DNA of 64,000 bases from Ginglymostoma cirratum. Taxonomy: Eukaryota. The position numbers were made by a program, and so were the translations under genes. The stretch's first letter is position 1, and every line of letters starts with the position of its first letter. The stretch covers positions 19,658,213 through 19,722,212 of the forward strand of contig JAHRHZ010000059.1 of the NCBI GenBank assembly GCA_024137785.1, in the 5' to 3' direction. Below, in pieces: positions 26,121-39,780 of this stretch. The notes under the pieces were generated by a model. It did not search any database. It saw nothing but the letters and a program-made list of their open reading frames with translations, and was not told the origin of the DNA.

Positions 26121-26302
26121 GTGAATTGAGTAGCCCTTTATAATACCTCGCTCAATGCTCTACTTCATTGAAGTCATTGGTTGAAGTGTGCAACTATTTC
26201 ACTGCTGCACATGTTTCCCCTTCCAAGACAACTATCCTCAAACAGTAGTCAACAGAAGGAATGAAGAACAGGCAGTTCAGAAACAATTAGAAGCCATACT
26301 GC

Positions 26303-26622
26303 AGAGCATGGTGGCTCAGTGGTTAGAACAGCTGCCTCAGAGCACCAGCAACCCAAAGGTGCCATTTCAGCCCTGGCTAACTGTCTGGGTGGATTTTACA
26401 CATTCTCCCTGTGTCTGTGTGAGGCTTCCCCCAACAATGCAAAGATGTGCATGTTAGGTGGATTGCCCATAGTATCCAGGAGCGTACTGGCGAGGTGGAT
26501 TAGCCATGGGAAATGCAGGGTTACAGGGGTAGGGCTGTGGGTCTGGTTGGGATGCTTTTTGGAGGGTTGCCATAGACTTGATGGACTAAATGACCTGCTT
26601 CCACATGTAGGGATTCCTATAA
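26303..26622 (+). mobile_element. HE1-type V-SINE
   Basis: GGTGGCTCAGTGGTTAG head, CAAAGATGTGCA, tail GCTTCCACATGTAGGGATTC. Confidence 0.8.
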
Positions 26623-27539
26623 TTCATCTGGACAGGTGATCTGCAGTACACCAAATTCTGTTGCCCATCACAATAGTCATGTATATCTCTCTTGAAAGAA
26701 CATGCATAGTAGAACCTAAACTTGCAGTGGTAAAGATTAGCTGTTATCATTTTGCTTCACATTTGCCGATTTTGCTGCTGTAATAGTGTCCTAACGCAAC
26801 ATCTTATGCCACCAAGAGAAAAATCAAAGTTGAGGTTGATTTCCCCAGAAATGCTAAAGCTATCACTGGTGTTCTGGAGGAACCTGGGATTCTTCTGGCT
26901 CCAGGTTTCTCTCTTGTGTTGCAGCCTCTCTCCATGCAAGAATTGCTCCCTTTCTCAGCCCACACTGTTATAATCAAGCACTGAAGAGGTGGTACCGTAC
27001 CCTAGAGAGTTTGCAGCGTACGCAGACTGGAAAATGCAAAAGTAAAAAGACACTTTAAAAAGTAGCGTCACTGGTCAGTGTGGTCCTCATTGTTGCCTTG
27101 CCAGCTGGTCTTCAGATATTGGGTAGTGGGCCCACTTGGCACCCACTGCAGTCCATTTGACAACATCGTGGAAATTCCAGCTTTGCGCCCGGCAGTAATG
27201 AAGCAATGATGATGTATATCCAAGTTAGGTTGGTCTCTGGCTTGGAGTATACTCAGAAGTGATGGCTGTTGTACATTTCGTATATTTCATTTTCCTCACA
27301 GCAGTGCAAAGATGGCATTACTTTCTGTGTGTGCAGTATATTTTACCCACAATGTTTTAACTCATCTCTGTGGCTGCTAATTGTCTGTGCTCATTCTCAC
27401 AGTTCAGCTTCTAATTGCTTCTCCAGTGCCTGGTTACTTTGATTTGTGCCAACTCTGAATCTTGGTCTATCAAGCACAGTGAGCAAGATCAGTGACCAGA
27501 CTCACATACACAGGAGAAATGAACACTGTTAACTGCCAC

Positions 27540-27744
27540 AAAAAGACAGAAATTGCTGGAAAAGCTCAGCAGGCCTGGCAGCATCTGTGGACAGAAATCA
27601 GTGTTAATGCTTCAGGTCAAGTGTTCTGAGGTCACTTGACCTGAAACGTTAACTCTGATTGCTGGCCAAAGATGCTGCCAGGCCTGCTGAGCTTTTCCAG
27701 CAATGTCTGTTTTCGTTTCTGATTTACAATTCTTTCAGTTTTAT
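27540..27744. mobile_element. Palindromic family B insertion
   Basis: Inverted arms ~27543-27623 and ~27633-27713. TSD ACTGTTAACTGCCAC (27525-27539) / ACTGTTACTTGCCAC (27745-27759). Confidence 0.75.
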
Positions 27745-28938
27745 ACTGTTACTTGCCACTTTTGTTCTTCTAGGCACTTGATCTTGCAAATTCATAAGGA
27801 GCTGTTGAATGACCGCTGTCGAATCACTGCAGTCTATCCTACAGATTCATGTACGCTGCGGACAGTGTGCCAATACTGGAGTGAGTGGGTGTTTAAGGAA
27901 TTCATTTCGCCACCAATCAAGTCATCCCAAATGCCGCAGATCCTTCTCGAATATTGTCACAGTTGCCTGTTTCCAACCAGGTAGTTTGTATTCAGGAGAT
28001 AATCCACTCCCACTTCAGAACATCTGACCTACCTCCAATCAGCTCTTGTAGCCATGTCTATGTATTGAACTTCTTTGATGTGAAGAAACAAAGTATACTG
28101 AGTCTACATCTGCACAAAAGTTTAGATCCTTACCTTGGCCAATCAGTTTTTGTTAAAAAAAAGAGACGGTCTTAGTTTCTCTCTCCCTTTTCTCTCTTAT
28201 CATCAGTTGCTCTGCCTGCAGCTGAAATTCCTGATTTTGTTTTCCTGTTTTTCGAAAAATAATAAAATGTGAACATTATGTGGTATTTCCTGCTATAGAG
28301 AAAGCAAACTTTACCTTCATTTCCATGCTTTGGAACCATTCCCTCTTTCAGTATTTCTCTCCTCTGTGATCTTATTCCTATGTTGCATAGAAAGGAGAGT
28401 AGGCCATTCAGCCCCTCAAGCCTTTTCCACCATTCACTGAGACCATTGGCCTAATTCCATAAACCTGCCTTTGGCCCTTATCCTTTTATAGCTTTGTTTT
28501 CAGACCAATTTTCACGCCACTCCCACCCTTTCAGTTCCAGAATTCCCAAACCAATGGAAGTTGTTATCTACTCTTCATTTTCTTATTAGTATCTTGAAGA
28601 TATTTTGAAGATGTAGGTATTACTCTTTGTCTGTTTTCATCTTCTATTACATTTCCCAGCATCTCTTCATCCTGGTGTTTTATCTTTTTGTCACTCTCTC
28701 CTTATGCCCTTTATTTTCTCTTCAATTTTCACTCCCTACATCTCTGTTACCCTTTCCTTGTATTGTTCTTCTGTCCAATTCTGCATTTCTTTCTCGCTTG
28801 CTGTCCCATAGCCTCTTGAGCGGCTGATCACTGCATGGTTATTTGCAATTTTGGAACAAAAATAGAACAGGACTGGATAAGAGTTCTGTAACTTGTACAG
28901 GGAATGCCATCAAGTAGGGGATCTACCTAAATACAGAA

Positions 28939-29153
28939 ACAAAATCAGAAGTTGTTGGGAAAACACAGCAGGTCTGGCAGCACTTGCGACAAAAAAATCA
29001 GAGTTAATGTTTCGGGTCCAGTGACCCTTCCTCAGAACTCAGTTCTGAGTTAACTTTGACTTTTTCTTCACAGATGCTGCCAGACCTGCTGAGCTTTTTC
29101 AGGAACTTCTGCCCTTGTTCCTGATTTACAGTATCCGCAGCTCTTTTGGTTTT
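28939..29153. mobile_element. Palindromic family B insertion
   Basis: TSD TACCTAAATACAGAA (28924-28938) / TACCTAACTACAGAA (29154-29168). Inverted arms. Confidence 0.75.
29001..29040 (-). ncRNA. Minimal hammerhead ribozyme motif, family B
   Basis: Minus strand GAGTT-CTGAGGA-A-GGGTC[ACTG]GACCC-GAAAC-ATT^AACTC: 5-bp stem I, 5-bp stem II. ACGT has decayed to ACAT. Confidence 0.65.
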
Positions 29154-29399
29154 TACCTAACTACAGAACTTGCCCTGCTCATCATCGTGCAGCTGAGATT
29201 AGGGTCTGATCAGATGTGGAGTTATGGATGTGAATCCAAGATTACAACTGAATGACAAGGCACATATAATAATGAATTCACCTCATTACAAATCTACATC
29301 ACCAAATTTAATGTATTCGAAATGATGGTGTAGTGAGCTGATCACCAGTGGAAGCTAAACTTAGCCTTGACTGATGGAAAAATAATACCTTCTAAACAA

Positions 29400-29587
29400 G
29401 AACAACTTCCAGATGCTGCAAATCTGAATGTAAAAGCAGCAAGTGCAGGAATTACTCAAAAGATCAGGCAGCATCTATAGAGAGGGAAAAATAACGTTTC
29501 AGGAGGTCATTGGAAATGCAATCAATCTGAAATGTATCTCTTTCCAAAGATCTTGTCTGCCCTCTTGAGTGTTCACAGCAATTCTGA
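29400..29587. mobile_element. Old, degenerate family B-like palindrome
   Basis: CAGATGCTGCAAATCTGAA...GGCAGCATCTATAGAGAG...AACGTTTCAG followed by a decayed inverted arm. Confidence 0.45.
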
Positions 29588-29849
29588 AGAATATATTCCT
29601 TTTCAGTTTGCCTTAACAAATGTGGGTTGACTCATTTTAGCTGCTTTTGAGTGATGCTCAGATCAGTGTATTATCAGGTTCAAATGAAACATTCTTGCAT
29701 CTGTTCTACAAATAGATATGCTGGTGCTGATAATGGGTGCTAAAATTGTTACATATTTTATCGTCCAACATAACCACGTACTATCATGTGCGGTTCACTT
29801 ATAATGCTCTAGTGCTCTGAGGCATACATTTGTGGATTTAACTCTGACT

Positions 29850-30210
29850 CTGGGCATATTGAGCACAAAATCCATGCTGACACAGCATTGCTGCACTGTA
29901 CCTCTAGGTGAAACGTGAAAACAAGGCCCTGAGTGTTTGTGAAAGTGGATAATAAGGGATTCCAGTATTTCAAAGAAGAGAAGGGGACTTGCCCTTCATG
30001 TCTTATCCAATGTTAATCCCTCAATCTATATGGCACGTATAGATGAACTGGTCATCAACAAATTGTTGTTTCCGGAAGTTTGCTAGATGCAAATTGGATG
30101 CTGAGTTTCCTGCTATAGGAAAGTAACAGCAATCTACTTCAAGAGTGCTTCATTTGGTGTAATATTCTTTGGGACCTCCTAAGGACATGAAAAATTCAAG
30201 CTTATGTGCA
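29850..30210 (+). mobile_element. DeuSINE-like SINE (decayed)
   Basis: AAGAAGAGAAGGGGAC...TTAATCCCTCAA...GCAAATTGGATGCTG. Confidence 0.55.
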
Positions 30211-30339
30211 ATTCATTGAATTGCGCGTGCGCGCACTCACAAACGCGCGCACACACACACACAGACACAACAAAATAAAGCAAACACACCAAGGAAACAG
30301 AGCATGTAACAACAATAATAAAAAGGCATCAAATCCTTG

Positions 30340-31170
30340 CTATAGGAAGGATCGTGTGAAAACTTGAAAAGTTCAGAAAAGATTTACAAGGATCTTGCCA
30401 TGGTTAGTGGGTTTGAGCTATTGGGAGAGGCTGTATAGGCTGGGGCTATTTTCCCTGGAGTGTCAGATGCCAAAGGATGACTTTATACAGGTTTATAAAA
30501 TCATGAGGGGCATGGCTAGAGTGAATAGGCCTTTTCCCTGTGGTACGGGAGTCCAAAATAGAAGGCATAGGTTTAAGGTGAAAAAATTAAAAAGGACCTA
30601 AGGGACAACTTGTTCACATAGAGGGTGGTGCAAATATGGAATGGGTAGTGAAAGCTGATATAATTACATTTAAAAGGCATCTGGATGGATATATAAATAG
30701 AAAGGATTTAGACGGATATGGGCCAAATGCTGGCACATGGGACTGGACTAATTAGGATAGCTGGTCGGCATGGATGAGTTGGACTGAAGGGTCTGTTTCC
30801 TTGCCGTACATGTCTATGACTCTGTTATATTACCAAAAAAAATCTAAACAAGACAAGACTGTTTTCTTTGGCAAAACAAGAAGACTGAGAGATAGGCACT
30901 CTTTAAGACATTTGATTCAGGATAGATGGAAGGAAAATATTTCCACTATTTAGGGCAGTCCATAAGTAGAAGCCATAATGATTTTTTTTACCCAAAGAGT
31001 GGCAAGAATGTGGAACTCATTAACAGAAGGAGGAATTGAGGTCAATAGCATAGATGCATTTTAGATAACACTGAAGAGTGAATGAAATGGAAGGATGTGC
31101 CGATAAGATCAGATAAAGAAGAGTGAATGGAGACTTGTGTGGAATATAAACAACTGGAATGGAATGGCTT
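30340..31170 (+). mobile_element. CR1/HER1 LINE 3' fragments (30340-30825 and an older 30870-31170)
   Basis: GLSYWERLYRLGLFSLECQMPKDDFIQVYKIMRG; tail CTATGACTCT. Confidence 0.8.
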
Positions 31171-31969
31171 AGTTTTGTATAAACACTGAACATCAATACA
31201 AGGGAAAGGACAGAATTCAGTCCAAATGATCAGCTTACTAAAGGCAACAAAGATAGCTTATTGTGGAGGTCTAGGCATCAGTTCAAGGCAAGGACATGGC
31301 CCTGATCACCATCCAAAAGTGCTTTATGCATAATGCGCAGACATGGGCCCTGTTTCTAGGACTGTGCACCTCCACTGCAAATTGGGGCAACAGAAGAGTT
31401 TCACTTCAAATGTTGGGCCTGTCTTTCCAATCCAGAGCCCGTCTGTACATAAGGAGTGATTTTCACCCAGTACTGGGCTGAACTGGGCTAAAAGCCAGCT
31501 GCCAGAACACGAGAGTTTCCTGCATGAGCCAGATTGATACGTTTCCTCATCGACTGTGTGTTCAGTGGAAGAATGGAGAGTGAGAGAGAAAAGGCACCCA
31601 CCCGACCCCCCACCTTGTTGCAACGTAATTGTGCTCAAGACAAATGGGCCAGCTAATGGAAGTCAAGTTGCTGAACAAAACTGTTCCTTTGCACCATCCA
31701 CTCTTGCGCTAGGGGTTAATTTTACTTCTGTGTGTCTTATGTACACACTCCATTAACCTCTGCTCTTTATCCTTGAGACCTTACTCTGCAGTAGCAGGAA
31801 ATCAGGGATGAAAGTGCATGTCAGTAATATGAATGCCTTTCTTTAATTGCTTTCTGCTGCAACTTTGGTTTGCTGCATGGCATATTGTGTTTACTTTCAG
31901 CCTGTTTTACACTTGCCAATTTATGCATCACCCTTTGAAAAGCATTACCTTTGAAGGTAACATGATGCC

Positions 31970-32395
31970 AAGCTTGGCTCAGTGGGTGCACACTAGCTTC
32001 TGAGTCAGGGGGTTATGGGGTCCAAGCCCCTCTCCAGAGCTCCAAGATTGCTAAAATATAGGTCTGCTGTATTCGCTTTTACCCCGGCCACAGTACTGCG
32101 GATGTGCTGAACTGTCCTTCTGAGGGTAGGTTAAATACAGTCCCCAACTGCATACAGCCTTACAGCATAGAAAGAGGCCATTGACCCCGCTGAGTCCATG
32201 CCAACTTTGGTTAGATGTAGGACCTGTTGAAAAATTGAAACATCCACATCAGGAAGTGAGTCTGAAGAGAAGTAGAGGAATTCTGTCTGTGCCCCTCTTC
32301 CTACTAAGACAGATTACTTGGTCAACTATCTCATGATGTTTGTGGGATCTCACTTTGCACAGTTGGCTGCCATGTTTCCCATATTGCCACATTGA
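31970..32395 (+). mobile_element. DeuSINE-like SINE (decayed, interrupted)
   Basis: Head TGGCTCAGTGG..CTGAGTCAG..; 3' part TTTGTGGGATCT..TTGGCTGCCATGTTTCC. Confidence 0.5.
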
Positions 32396-33229
32396 CTTTT
32401 TTTTCCTTCTTTCTTTCTTTCTTTGGTTGAGGCTTGTATTTTTTGCACATCCCTTGTTACCTTTAAAAAGCGAGCTGCCTTCTGAAACCTCTGTAGTCCA
32501 TGTGCCGCAAGTTCCTCCACAGAGCTGTTAGGCAGGTAACCTTTCAAAACTAATTATTAGTCGCAAAAACATTTTGGGACATTGAGGTCACGGAAGTTTA
32601 TACAGATCCAGGTCTGCCTCTTTACACAACAAAGACTACTCTCTCTCGATAGGCAATGTTTTGCACAAGTCTTGTTCTGCTTTTTGAGTGGTAAAGGTAG
32701 AAATTTGATTGGGAGGGCAGCTCTTAGGTCAGCCATGATCCTCTTGAATGGTGGGGCAGACTCGAGGGGCAACTCCTGTGCCTATTTCTTATGGTCTTAT
32801 GGGCTATGAAGCAACACACATCTTTTTACATTTGCCCTGATTGTTAAGTGTCACGTCCAGTATCCATGCATGGATGGGTGTGTTTTAATGAACTGATAAT
32901 GGTAGTTTTGTAACATTTGTCACCACTTCCAAATCTATAACTCTTGACATAATTTTGCCTGTCTGCAATCAACTTTGCTCAAGGCCAAACCCATAACAAA
33001 ATCTCAATTTACTCATCCTTTGGTCTATAAACTTTACCTCGCCTGCCACAATCCTTTCCTTTCTGGCCTTCTCTGAAACATTCACCCTCTTTCCCAAAAT
33101 GGCAGCGGTGGGATAGGCAGCATCCGGGCTCTTGAGGCTGGATCTCACTCATTCTGCCCGGTTTCCTTTATTTCTTCTTTTCTCTTTCCTTTTTCACTTT
33201 CAGTGTTTCTCACTTACCTCTGGAGGACG

Positions 33230-33290
33230 TGGCAACGGCCAAGGGTGGCAGCGGCCAAGGGTGGCAGCGGCCAAGGGTGGCAGCGGCTGG
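33230..33290. repeat. 16-bp tandem repeat TGGCAGCGGCCAAGGG (~3.7 copies) inside an unclassified GC-rich repeat (~33097-33613)
   Basis: Seen directly. Confidence 0.85.
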
Positions 33291-35155
33291 GGCTCAATGC
33301 GAGCCCAGATGGCAGCAGTGGCAACCGGTGGCAAAAAATGGCAGCAGCGACAGTTGGCCGCTATGCAGTGGCTAACCCTGCCATGCTTGGGGCGGATTTC
33401 AGCCCATCGCAGGGGACACCAAACCATCTTGGGGGACAGCCCAGCTCGGAGCATCTGTAGGCCCATGGCTTAAGAAAGAACTGCGGTGTTTGACAGTTTA
33501 ACGTTCTTCCTTTATCTTGCCACTTTTGTGGTAGTGCCAAACTTTTTAACTCATTTCTTTATTACTCCATTTCTGTAACTAAGATTTGTACCTCAGTACT
33601 TTATACTCGAGACGCCATGTTTCCCATATTGCCACAAGTTCACCTCCAGCACTTGACAAAAGGTGGCTGATCTGGGACATTAATTCCTTTCTGTCTCCAC
33701 AGATGCTACCTGGCCCGCTGAGGTGCTTTGCAGGATGTTAGAGAGATCTACAGCCCAGACAAAGGCCCTTCTGCCCATTGAACCCCCATTAGTCAGTAAC
33801 AACCACTGACCTACTCTAATCCCATTGATCTTTTTCTTTAATTTGTGACACTTTGATTCTGACACTCATCACATCAAGTGGAGAGACACTTCAATTCCCT
33901 ATGATTTTGACAGGCTCTGCCATTGTTCTGTCTCAGTACAGCTTTATTCTGCAGGCTCAGTAGCTCTTTGTTTTTTTTCTCTCTAATGGAGTTAGCAGAA
34001 ATCATTGCCTGAAAGAGATGAAAAAATAATGACAATTAGCTTACTGGAGGGATTAAAAAAAAAGACAGATGTTATGCCTTTGATTTGAAATCACAGCTCA
34101 TTTTGATTAAACTTGGAAACGTCCAACTCAGAGAAAGGGTTGTTGACCTGCAAGTTGTTGGTCAAAACTTGAGCACAATGTCCTCTTGGCCCTGCTGTTA
34201 GGTGAAAGGGCATTGAGAGGTTATTGTACACATCATGCATCATATCCAGTACTATGCTGTGTGTGGTCTTCGGAAACCAAAACCTAACATCTATTCAGTA
34301 ACATCTTGGCCGGGACTATTTGCGAAAGCTCTCTATGCCAGAGGGTGGAAAGAGGCAACATTCATGTACCGTACTCAAGACCTTACAGTTCATCTCACTG
34401 GTGCCAAGTTTCACATCCAAGTTGTCCCAATCCCACAATGCCTGACTGCTAAAGACGAAGATAATGTCAATCTACTTAACATGAAGCATCTGAGCAAAAG
34501 ATATATAAAATTACAGACTTGTTATGTATAAAAGCAGGCCATTCAGGCCATCATGTCTGTACTAGGTCTATTACTAAGTGCCAATCTCCTGCCTTTTCCA
34601 CATACTTAATTCATCATAACCACTACTTAAGTATTAAAGGGCATCCTCTTTAAACACACAGTGTTCACTATATTCTTATAGAGTCATAGACGAGAACAGA
34701 CCCTTCAGTTCAACTCGCACCTGCTGACCAGATGTCCGAAATAAATCTAGTCCCATTTGCCAGCATTTGGCCAATATACCTCTCACTTTAATATCTCACA
34801 GTGAATCTCCGTGGAAAGATCCTGGTAGCAGTCCCTTTCAGTGTATGACCAGTAATGATACACAGATTAGTATAATTGTTACTGAGCCGGATTGCCATTC
34901 CAAAGCAGGGATAGAAAGCTGACTGCATCAGCATTTGACATCAGACGGAACTATGTTGTTCAATGAACGACCAAGTTTCCAAACGGTTTAGTGGGTGTAG
35001 TATTGAGGCAACCGGAACAGAAATTTATCCTGAGTTAATGAGACTGGCAGGGAAACGATTTCCACGTCATTACTCTCAGAATCGAGGAAGTGAAGGGCCG
35101 GTAAGGATTTCTCAATCTGGTTGCTTTTCAATGATTAATATTGAAGCTGCTGCTT

Positions 35156-35482
35156 GGGTGGCATGGTGGCTCAGTGGTTAGCACAGCTATCTCACAGGTG
35201 CAAAGGTCCTAAGTTCAATCCCACCCTCAGGCAACTATCTGTGTGGAGTTTGCACATTCCTCCCTGTGTCTGTGTGGGTTTCCTCTGGGTGCTCCAGTTT
35301 CCTCCAAAAGTTGTGCAGGATAGGTGGATTGGCCGTGCTAAATTATCCATCATGTGCAGGTTAGCCATAGAAAATGAAGAGTTACAGGGATGGGGTGAAT
35401 CTGGGAGGGATGCTCTTCTGAGGGTCAGTGTGGACTTGATGGGCTGACTGGCCTGAACCCACGCTGTAGGGATTCTATTCTG
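35156..35482 (+). mobile_element. HE1-type V-SINE
   Basis: Same motifs. Confidence 0.8.
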
Positions 35483-35984
35483 TGAAAAGTGGATGGTATC
35501 TCAGGACACATTTGGGTCCTCCTTGCTGCCAATCATGGTCTAAGTTCAAACATGACCCACTGGTCATTTTTAGGAGGGGCTGGTGCACTGTTGGTGCCTG
35601 CAGAACCTAAAAAGTACACTTCAGAGATAAGAGTAATTTGTTTTTTAGAAGACCAATAAAAGTATCTATTGATTGTCCATATTCGATCCTGTATGTAGGT
35701 CGGTGCTGAGGATCTGACTATTGTGGAGAGGTTTGACCTCTGAGAGGTTCAGTTCAGATTAATAAAAAAATCTCTTTGAGGTTTGCCAATGAACTTTGGC
35801 AGTGCCAACCAAAAGAAGAGGGGCACCTAGGGATGTGGGTGTCCCTAGCTTGGCCAGCATTTAGTGCTCACCGTTAAATGCCCTTGAGATAGTGGGTAGC
35901 TGACCCATTAATCCTGCCACACCTCTGTGATGGTGGAAGCACAATGACTGAACAGTTCCGTATTCTGCTCCCCTTTCCATCTCC

Positions 35985-36975
35985 TATTGTGATTTCTCCG
36001 GCCCAAAACTTCATTATCTACTCTGTTCAGGCCTGTCATGGTTTTGAAATTCCTATCAAATTTCCTCTTAGCCTTCTCCTCTTCAAGGAAAAGTCCCAAC
36101 TTCTCCAATTTATCCTCACAACTGAAGTTTCTCAGCCATGGAACCGTTCACATAAACTCGCTCCTACGCATTCACATCCTTCCTATAGTGTAAACCCCAG
36201 AACTGTACACAACACTCCAGCTGAGGTTTAATTGGTGTCCAATGTAAGTTCAGCATAATCTCTCTGCTCTTGTACTCTAAATGAAACCTGGAATATTGAA
36301 TGCTTTTATTAACAGCTTGCTATGCCTGTCCTGTCACCTCTAAAGTCTTAATCACAAATGCATCCAGTCTCTCTGCTCCTGCACACACTTTAGAAAAGTA
36401 CGCTTTATTTGACATTTTCTCTCCACGTTCTTTGGACTGAAGGGTATTAGCTCATACTTCGCCACACTGAACATCATCTGCCATCTACGTGCCTATGCCA
36501 CCAACATGTCAATATCCTTTGCGAGCGTGATATTGCCCTCCCCATGCTTTTGAATTCTACGAAGTTTGTGACATCTCAAACTTTCAAGTTGTTTCCTGCA
36601 CACCAAAGTGCAGATCACTTACACACATATATACATCCGCAGCCTGAAAAATGCCTATTGATCATTACTGTCTGTTTCTGATCCTTCAACCAATTTGTAT
36701 TTATGTTATCACTTCCCCATTTATTCCATAACCAATAACTTTTCTCACAAACCTGTTGTGTAGCACAGCAACAAACCTCTTTCGAAAGTTCGGGTACACC
36801 ACATCGACAGCCTTGTCCTCATCAGCCCTCTCTTTTATGCCTTCAAAGAACTCCTGCAAATTAGGGAGACATCATTTTCCTTTAACAAATCCATGCTGAC
36901 TCTGCTGAATCAACCCACCTCTTTCCACTTTACTATTAATTCTATCCTATATAATTGTTTCTAGAAGTTTCCTGA
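35985..36975 (-). mobile_element. CR1 LINE fragment
   Basis: CCCAGAACTGTACACAACACTCCAGCTGAGG; MEKLGLFLEE. Confidence 0.7.
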
Positions 36976-37224
36976 TCAGCCTTCACTCTGTAAGATCTTC
37001 AATATGGAATAAGCTACAACAGAGTAGCTGGAAAATAGCCACAGCCAAAAGTCCTGTGCTTCAATGACAGTGATCATGGGGATCCTTTGGACATTGCATG
37101 ATGGTATAAATTAGCCGCTACAAAAACAGTTACATCTCATTCTGAAATTTAACTTCCAATGAAGCCAATAAGAAACATATAATGAGGAGTGGACCCTGTA
37201 TATTTAATGGAGATGGTGGCATAT

Positions 37225-39780
37225 TTTTATTCATTCACAGGATGTGGGTGTTGCTAAGTGGGTCAGCATTTATGTCCATTGTTAATTGCACTTGGGAATG
37301 TGTGATGGTGCAATGTTGTCCTGAGGCACAACAGTCACTGATGAGTAGGTCCACCGAGAATGTTACTTGGAAAGAAGTTCTGATATATGACCCAGTGACG
37401 TAAAGGAACATCAATACAGTTCCAAGGCAATGTGGTGAGTGGCTTAGAGGGGAACTTGCTGGTGTTGGTTCCCATATGAAACTCCTGCCTTTGTCCTTCT
37501 AGGTGATAGAAATCGAAGGTTTGGATTGTGCTGTCGAAGGAACATTGCTGAGTTGATGCAGTACGTCTCGTGAATGGTACATGCTACTGCCATAGCTTAT
37601 TGACTAATAAAAAATTATTAATTGTGTGTAGAAGATGGGGGTTGGGTGCCAGTCAAACAGGCTGATTTGTCTTGAATGGTTCGAGCTTCCTGAGTGTTGT
37701 TAGGGCTGCACTCATCCAAACAAATGAAGGGTATTCTATGATAGTACCGACCTATACATTTTAGGTACTGGACTCAGAATGTGAGTTACTTAGCACAGAA
37801 CCCCTGACCTTGGTGGTCCCATTCAATTTCCTGTCGATGGTAACCTTCAGGATGCTGGTAAGAGAGGATTCTGTGATGGCAATTCCATTAAATGCAAATA
37901 ATTGCTTCGTAGTAGGGAACTTAAAAATCAATAAAAAAAAAAGGGACATGAAACTTAAACTTTTTATGTCGGACTCATCAGGACTAGAACACAAGAAACC
38001 AGACAAGAAAAGGAATATCAATTTATACAGTATGACTATTTATATAACATTTGTACCAAATTTATCTTCTCATGCTTTATAAATTCACATTTTTTTTAAA
38101 GTTTGCATGCCGATGAGTGAAAAATTAAAGAAAATTGAAGGTCAAGGAGGGATGGTTGGATTCAGTCTTGTTTGAAATGGCCAGTGTGTAACATCTAGTG
38201 TGGCATGAATGTTGCTAGCCATATATCAACCTGAAAATTATCCACATCCTGTTGCACCGGCACATGGAATGCTTCACTATCTAAGGAGTCGCAAATGGTG
38301 CTGAACACTGTAACATCATCAGTGAACAATCCCACTTCTGACCTCAGAACGGGGGAAGGTCATTGACATAAGTGTGCGAACATTCAAACATAAAAACAGT
38401 GAACAGAATTAAGCTGCTTGGCCCTTTGAGCCAGCTCTGCATTCAATAAAATCAGAACTGATCTGATTTTGACTTCATTCTACATTTCTGTATTTTACTG
38501 ATAACCTTCATTCCTCTTGGTAATCTAGAACCCTTTCACCTCTACCTTAAAAATATTTAGAAATTCTACATCCACTGCCTTTTGAGGAAAGGAATTCTAA
38601 AGACTCTCAACCATCAGAGAGAAAACTCTCATCTTTGTCTTAAATTGGTGACCCATTGTTTTTAAATTATAATCTCTAATTCTAGATTGTCCCACAAGAG
38701 GAAACATTATTCTGACATCCATCTGGTCAAGTCCCCTCAGGATTTCAGGGTCAAGTAGCTGAAGATGGTTAGACCTAGGGCTACCCTGAGGAACTCACAA
38801 AGATATATATCCTGTGGCTGAGTTGATTGATCTCCAATAACTACGATGATCTTCATTTGTGCTAGGTATGACTCCAATCAGCAAAGGATTTTCTCATTGA
38901 ATCCAATTTTGACGCCAAACTGAATCTAATGCTGCCTTAATGTCAAGGACAGCAATCCTCTCTTATCCTGTATTAAGCCTTTTTTGTTCATGTTTGGAGC
39001 ATGGTTGTATGAAAATAAGGATTTATCTGGACCTGGCTGAACCTACACTGCACATCAATAAAAAGGTTAATGTTAAATAGGTACTGTTTGACAACACTAT
39101 TGACAACACCTTCTATCAATTTGCTGATAATTGAGAAGGGACTTGCTGGGCAATAATTGGTTGGGTTGGATTAGTCCTGATTTTTGTGGACAGGACATGG
39201 CTTGACAATTTTCCTTATTATCCAGTAAATGTCAGAGATCACTGGATTCACTCATTGCCTGGCTCTGGTGTGGTCTAATTATTACTGGCCACTTGTCAGC
39301 TCAAGCCTGTAATATTGTCCAGCTCTTGTTTCATTTGGATATGGACAACTTCAGTACCTGAGGAGTCATGAATGGTGCTGAACATTGTGCAATCGTTGGT
39401 GAACATCCCCACTTCTGACCTTATGATGGAAGGAAAGTCATTGATGAAACAGTTGAAGATGGTTAGGCCTAGGACACTATCCTGAGGAACTCTTGTGTTG
39501 ATGGCTTGGAGCTGAGATGACTGATCACCTACAACCACAACTGTCTTTCTTTGTGTTAGGTATAATTCTAACCAATGGAGCCTTTTGCCCCCATTCCCAT
39601 TGAATTCAGTTTTGCTAGAGCTCCTTGATGCCATGCTTAGGTAAATGCTGCATTGATATCATGAGCAGTCATTCTAACCTTGCCTCTGGAATTCAGCAGT
39701 TCTGACCACATTGCCTGTAATGAAGCCAGGAGTTGAGTGGTTCAAGTGGAATCCAAAGTGAGTATCAGTGAGCAAGCTAT
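37225..39780 (-). mobile_element. Same LINE family: two overlapping fragments (37225-39240, 39290-39780) with a nested CR1 piece (~38370-38750)
   Basis: RT motifs VPQDSVLGLTIFNCFINDFPSIIRSEVGMFTNDCT (PQGSVLGP / FADD-like) in ORF 39296-39634. Confidence 0.75.
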
